DNA from: Hydrolagus colliei
Taxonomy: Eukaryota
Length of the DNA stretch: 64,000 nt
Assembly: GCA_035084275.1 (NCBI GenBank)
Contig: CM068771.1
Span: forward strand, 3,038,001 to 3,102,000
Direction: 5' to 3'
The translations under genes and the position numbers were made by a program. Shown one piece after another: positions 60,298 to 64,000 of the stretch. The notes beneath the pieces are model-generated. The model was not told the origin of the DNA, made no database searches, and was given only the letters and a program-made list of their open reading frames with translations. Every line of letters starts with the position of its first letter. Positions within the stretch are counted from its first letter, which is position 1.

Positions 60298-63200
60298 TCT
60301 CAAGCAGTACTGGCTTCCTTCTGCTGAAGGCTGAAATGTATTTCCCAACTACATCACTCCAGAGCTTCCACTCCTTTTTGTAGCTGTGATTCAGGTCCAC
60401 TGGGATGCAGATTGCAGAAGCATGAAGTCACCTTCTCATCTGAAAACAACATCTAGAGGCAGCTGCTTTCACCATCTGCCATTCCCCACCCAATACAATT
60501 TTTTTTTTAAAGAAAAGAAAGGACTACAGCAATAAACAGAGCAAGCGAGATACTGGGGTCCATCTCTGGATGTGTTGAGTTCATGTACAGAGCAGGTAGT
60601 CTCAAATTGCACAGTATGTGGTTAGTTGATTGAAGTATGGCATAGAGTTTTGTGCAGGATCCAGACTGATGAATTGGAAATCAGTATGGAAAGGAATAAT
60701 TATCAGAAGGAATGTTCCTGATCCTCATCTCTCTCATTTGTACATGTTTGCGTGTAGGTGTTTGTGACAAAATCAACTGCTTCTCTATCTGTAACTTGCA
60801 GACCGCTCATGTCTGGTCAGGTTGTTTTTCGGACACGAAGGCGCAGGAGCAGAAATTTCCTGCAGCTGAATGTTGGCTAAATCAAAGCCATGTTCTTTGT
60901 GTCCCATTAACAAATTCTCTCCGCCAGGCAGAATAACAACAGCAAAATTCATTTGTATAACACCTTTCACATCAAGAGGAACTACAACAAAAAATACAGA
61001 ATTGCACTTTCATAGCGCGTTTCGCACCAGTAGGATGTCCCAAGTTTCTGAAATACCAAGCACTGGGTTTCAGTGCTTCATACCCAAACTGGGGTCAGGA
61101 TCGGCGTGGGTTTAGATTAGGAGGGAATAGGTTGTGAAAAACTGAATGGTTGAAAAAGAGGTCCTTGAGCTGATACGTGAAGGATCCCAAAGCCTTTGGA
61201 TCTACTGTAACTCAATGGTGCGAGCTCGTGCCTTACAACCGAGAGACCTGTGTTTGAATCTGGGCAGATCAGTGCAAAACTTTAGGCAAGTTTCATTACT
61301 CCACATGCTTACAGTATTTACTGCAAAGTGCTTTGAGGCGTCGATAAGATGTGGAAATTTCTATATCAAATGCATGGATTATTATTATTATTAAAAGGAG
61401 GCAATGGTGGTGGACTGCTAGATGGAATTTCACATGTTGTGGGCAGATTGGCTGAAGGCTTGCTGTTGGATTGTGTGGCTGTTGGATTTGGGCAAATGTG
61501 GCAGGTCATATCCTGCTGAGCATTGGGAGCGGACAGTTTGGTAGAGTGTAACAAGTCATTTCAAGGGATGGAGAGGAAAGGGAGTTTGGAGATGGTGTGG
61601 TAGCTGGAGAATAGGGATGGGTCCAGGGGAAGCTTTATCAGAATGCTGAAGACAGCTGTATTTAATGGGGTGGGAACAGTGTCAGTGGATAAGGAGAGCT
61701 TGACATCAGTTAGAAGAGAAGCCAGGAGGTGGAGCTTGGAGGTGAGGATAGAGGTGGGGAGATGGACAAGGGAGCAGGCGACAGTCTACGTTTTGATGAT
61801 GATGGAGCTGAGGGAGCAGGGAAAGTTACAGGTGATCAGGTGGTAACGGTGGACAGGGTAAAAGTAGTTTAACATATACCCTCTATTTTAGATTCAGAGT
61901 CTTGGGAAGGTTGATGAACATGGTGTTTAATGGTAGCAAAGTGGAGCCTGGTGTTATGCTTGGCGTCCACGATTATCCTGGATTAGAATAAATATTTGGC
62001 GGAAGTTAGGCGGAGTAGCACAGCTTGTTGTGATGAAGCCAAATCTTCTGACGGACTCCTGATTTAGATGTGGTTCAGGGGCATTCGGCAGCTCACACTT
62101 CTGACTTGAGGGATCAGAGAAGGCTGGTGTACCAGTGGGATTTAAGGTATATGAAGCAGTTTATAGGTTAGGGGTGCCAGGCAAGTTTGGAGGAGATAGT
62201 ACATTGGTCATCTGAAGTCGCCCACGTAGGACCAGATGGGCGGGACTTCAGATGACTACAGGACAGTGGAATGAACAAGAGAGGATTGTTATTTCCAAGC
62301 AGAGAACCAGGGATTGACACGTATACAAATTTTTGAAGGTGGTAGGATAATTTGACAAAGCTGTGAAAGAAGCACATGGGATTCATGGCTTTCTCACTAG
62401 AGGTATAGTGTATAAAAGCATTCATGTTGAATGTTTACAAATCGCTGATTAGTCCTCAGCGGGAGGATTGTGTCCATTTCTAGGCTTGGAAAGGCTGTTT
62501 CTTTAGGCAGGTTGCTCAATAATCAGAGGAACAGTTTCTCCCTATTTACTTTATCAAAACCCAAAGCGCATTTTGAACAGTTCTATTAAATTTTCCCTTA
62601 AATTTCTATGATATTAGGAAAACAATTGCAGACTCTCTCATCTTGCCACGCAATTTGAATCCCTTATCCATAGAATCATTCAGTTGATTATATTTTGCAC
62701 CAACTACAAGGCCCTGACACCATTCCTAAATTGGCAAAATAGCCAGAAGGGAGGCAAGAGGAATTTTCTCTTACATAGAGGTTTGATATGATCTGATATT
62801 CACTGCCTGAAACTGTAGTGGAAGCAGATTGGATAGTAGCTACCAAAAGGAATAAGTTAATGACTTGAAAACAAAGTATATGCATGGCTATCGGACACAT
62901 TCTGGACTTCATTCACAGAGCAAGCATGTACATGTTGGGTGAAATGTCTTCCTTCTGTGCTACAAGATTCCACAAAATGTGCCAAATGTGACTAAACAGT
63001 TTTGTAGCCTCTTCTCCCAAATCATGTCCCCCAAACCAGCTATAATTTAGATTACCTTTCAATTATTTTTCCAGCTCAGAATATCACACGGGCCAAGGGT
63101 TTGGTTTTTGAGAGTTCACTGCAGCTAATTGAAAATAATCCTAGCATAAATATCCCTTACAATACTAAAAATGAGACAAGCTGGCTGTTCTGTGACCTGC

Positions 63201-63309
63201 ATTGCCCTACAGGACAGAGGTACCCACTTGGCTCAGTACTGAAGAACAACAACAACAAATTAGACTTATGGAGTGCCTTTCACTTCGGGAGGACGTCCCA
63301 AGGTGCTGC

Positions 63310-64000
63310 TAAAAATGCTGCTACCGAGGCTGCACATCTCCCATTGATCCACATTGAGATCATTAGAGCTTGGGTTTTCAAGCCTCTTGTTAGAACACAG
63401 GTTTCCCAACAAACACCACCCATCCCATGAACTATTCCATCTCGACCATCAAACTGCATCCAACACTTCAAAACCAATTTTGACCTCTACAACCTCATAA
63501 GTTATGGTCCCATTTCTAACCCGCACCCCTGGCACATGTTGTTGCTCCGCCCACAGCAGAGACGTGTTTCTCAAATTCACAATCTATGTTCTGTCTGTGT
63601 TAGCAGTGTTCCTTCTGCCTCTCTATCCTTTGGACTTATCTGCACCACACAACAAATTCTACCATGTTATCAAATAGCTTAATGGTAGGAGCATTTGCCT
63701 CACACTGGAGAGGATTTGTGATTCATTCTAGAGCAGTGTGTGATGTTACGAAATTCCCATACTTCACAAGATTCTCTGTTTACCGAGCATCAAGTAGGAA
63801 TACTGTTGTTCAGCGATTGGTGGATCACTTTTCCGGGGATAGCTTTCTCTCAACACCTTGCCAATAATTCAATTCACAATTCATCAGTCAATTTGTTCTC
63901 TACTATATTTTGTGAAGCACGTTGACTTGCCTAGAAGATGTGAAAAGTCAAATGCAAGCATTATTAATAATAATCTGATATAACTATTATATAATACTAC
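63310..64000 (-). pseudogene. Further GPCR intron copy running off the window end; near-identical fragment at 47270-47620
   Basis: Matches 35650-36450 directly; no exon 2 to its left. Confidence 0.6.

Noticed and set aside
1-64000. CRISPR arrays, rRNA or prokaryotic systems
   Set aside because: No repeat-spacer arrays or rRNA similarity; the DNA is intron-containing vertebrate sequence.

Overview
Vertebrate genomic DNA, most likely from a cartilaginous fish. That assignment is inferred from the GKCGLSKC-type GPR139-like GPCR array and the CR1/L2/DeuSINE repeat landscape. There are five N-gaps (6393-6551, 11369-11699, 18055-18433, 19700-19899, 19969-20117). The left ~28 kb is GC/CpG-rich, full of microsatellites, and carries an immune-type cluster: the terminal exon of a complement C4-like gene (+); tail-to-tail with it, a tapasin-family gene (-) whose exons 2-8 can be reconstructed in frame; a divergently transcribed, CDS-intronless ATG101 (+) with four small frameshifting insertions; and a CD2/SLAM/HEPACAM-type Ig gene (-) with intact leader and V exons but a broken C2 exon. 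The right ~36 kb is AT-rich and is a birth-and-death array of two-exon orphan class A GPCRs: two complete genes, one split gene and several relics. It has been reshaped by a segmental duplication and by an apparent 14.45-kb inversion (43355-57804, ATAT microhomology at both ends) that separates one receptor's exon 2 from its exon 1. The closest receptor paralogues differ mainly at ligand-pocket positions. All alignments and identity estimates were made by eye, and reference protein sequences were recalled from memory; no database search was run.
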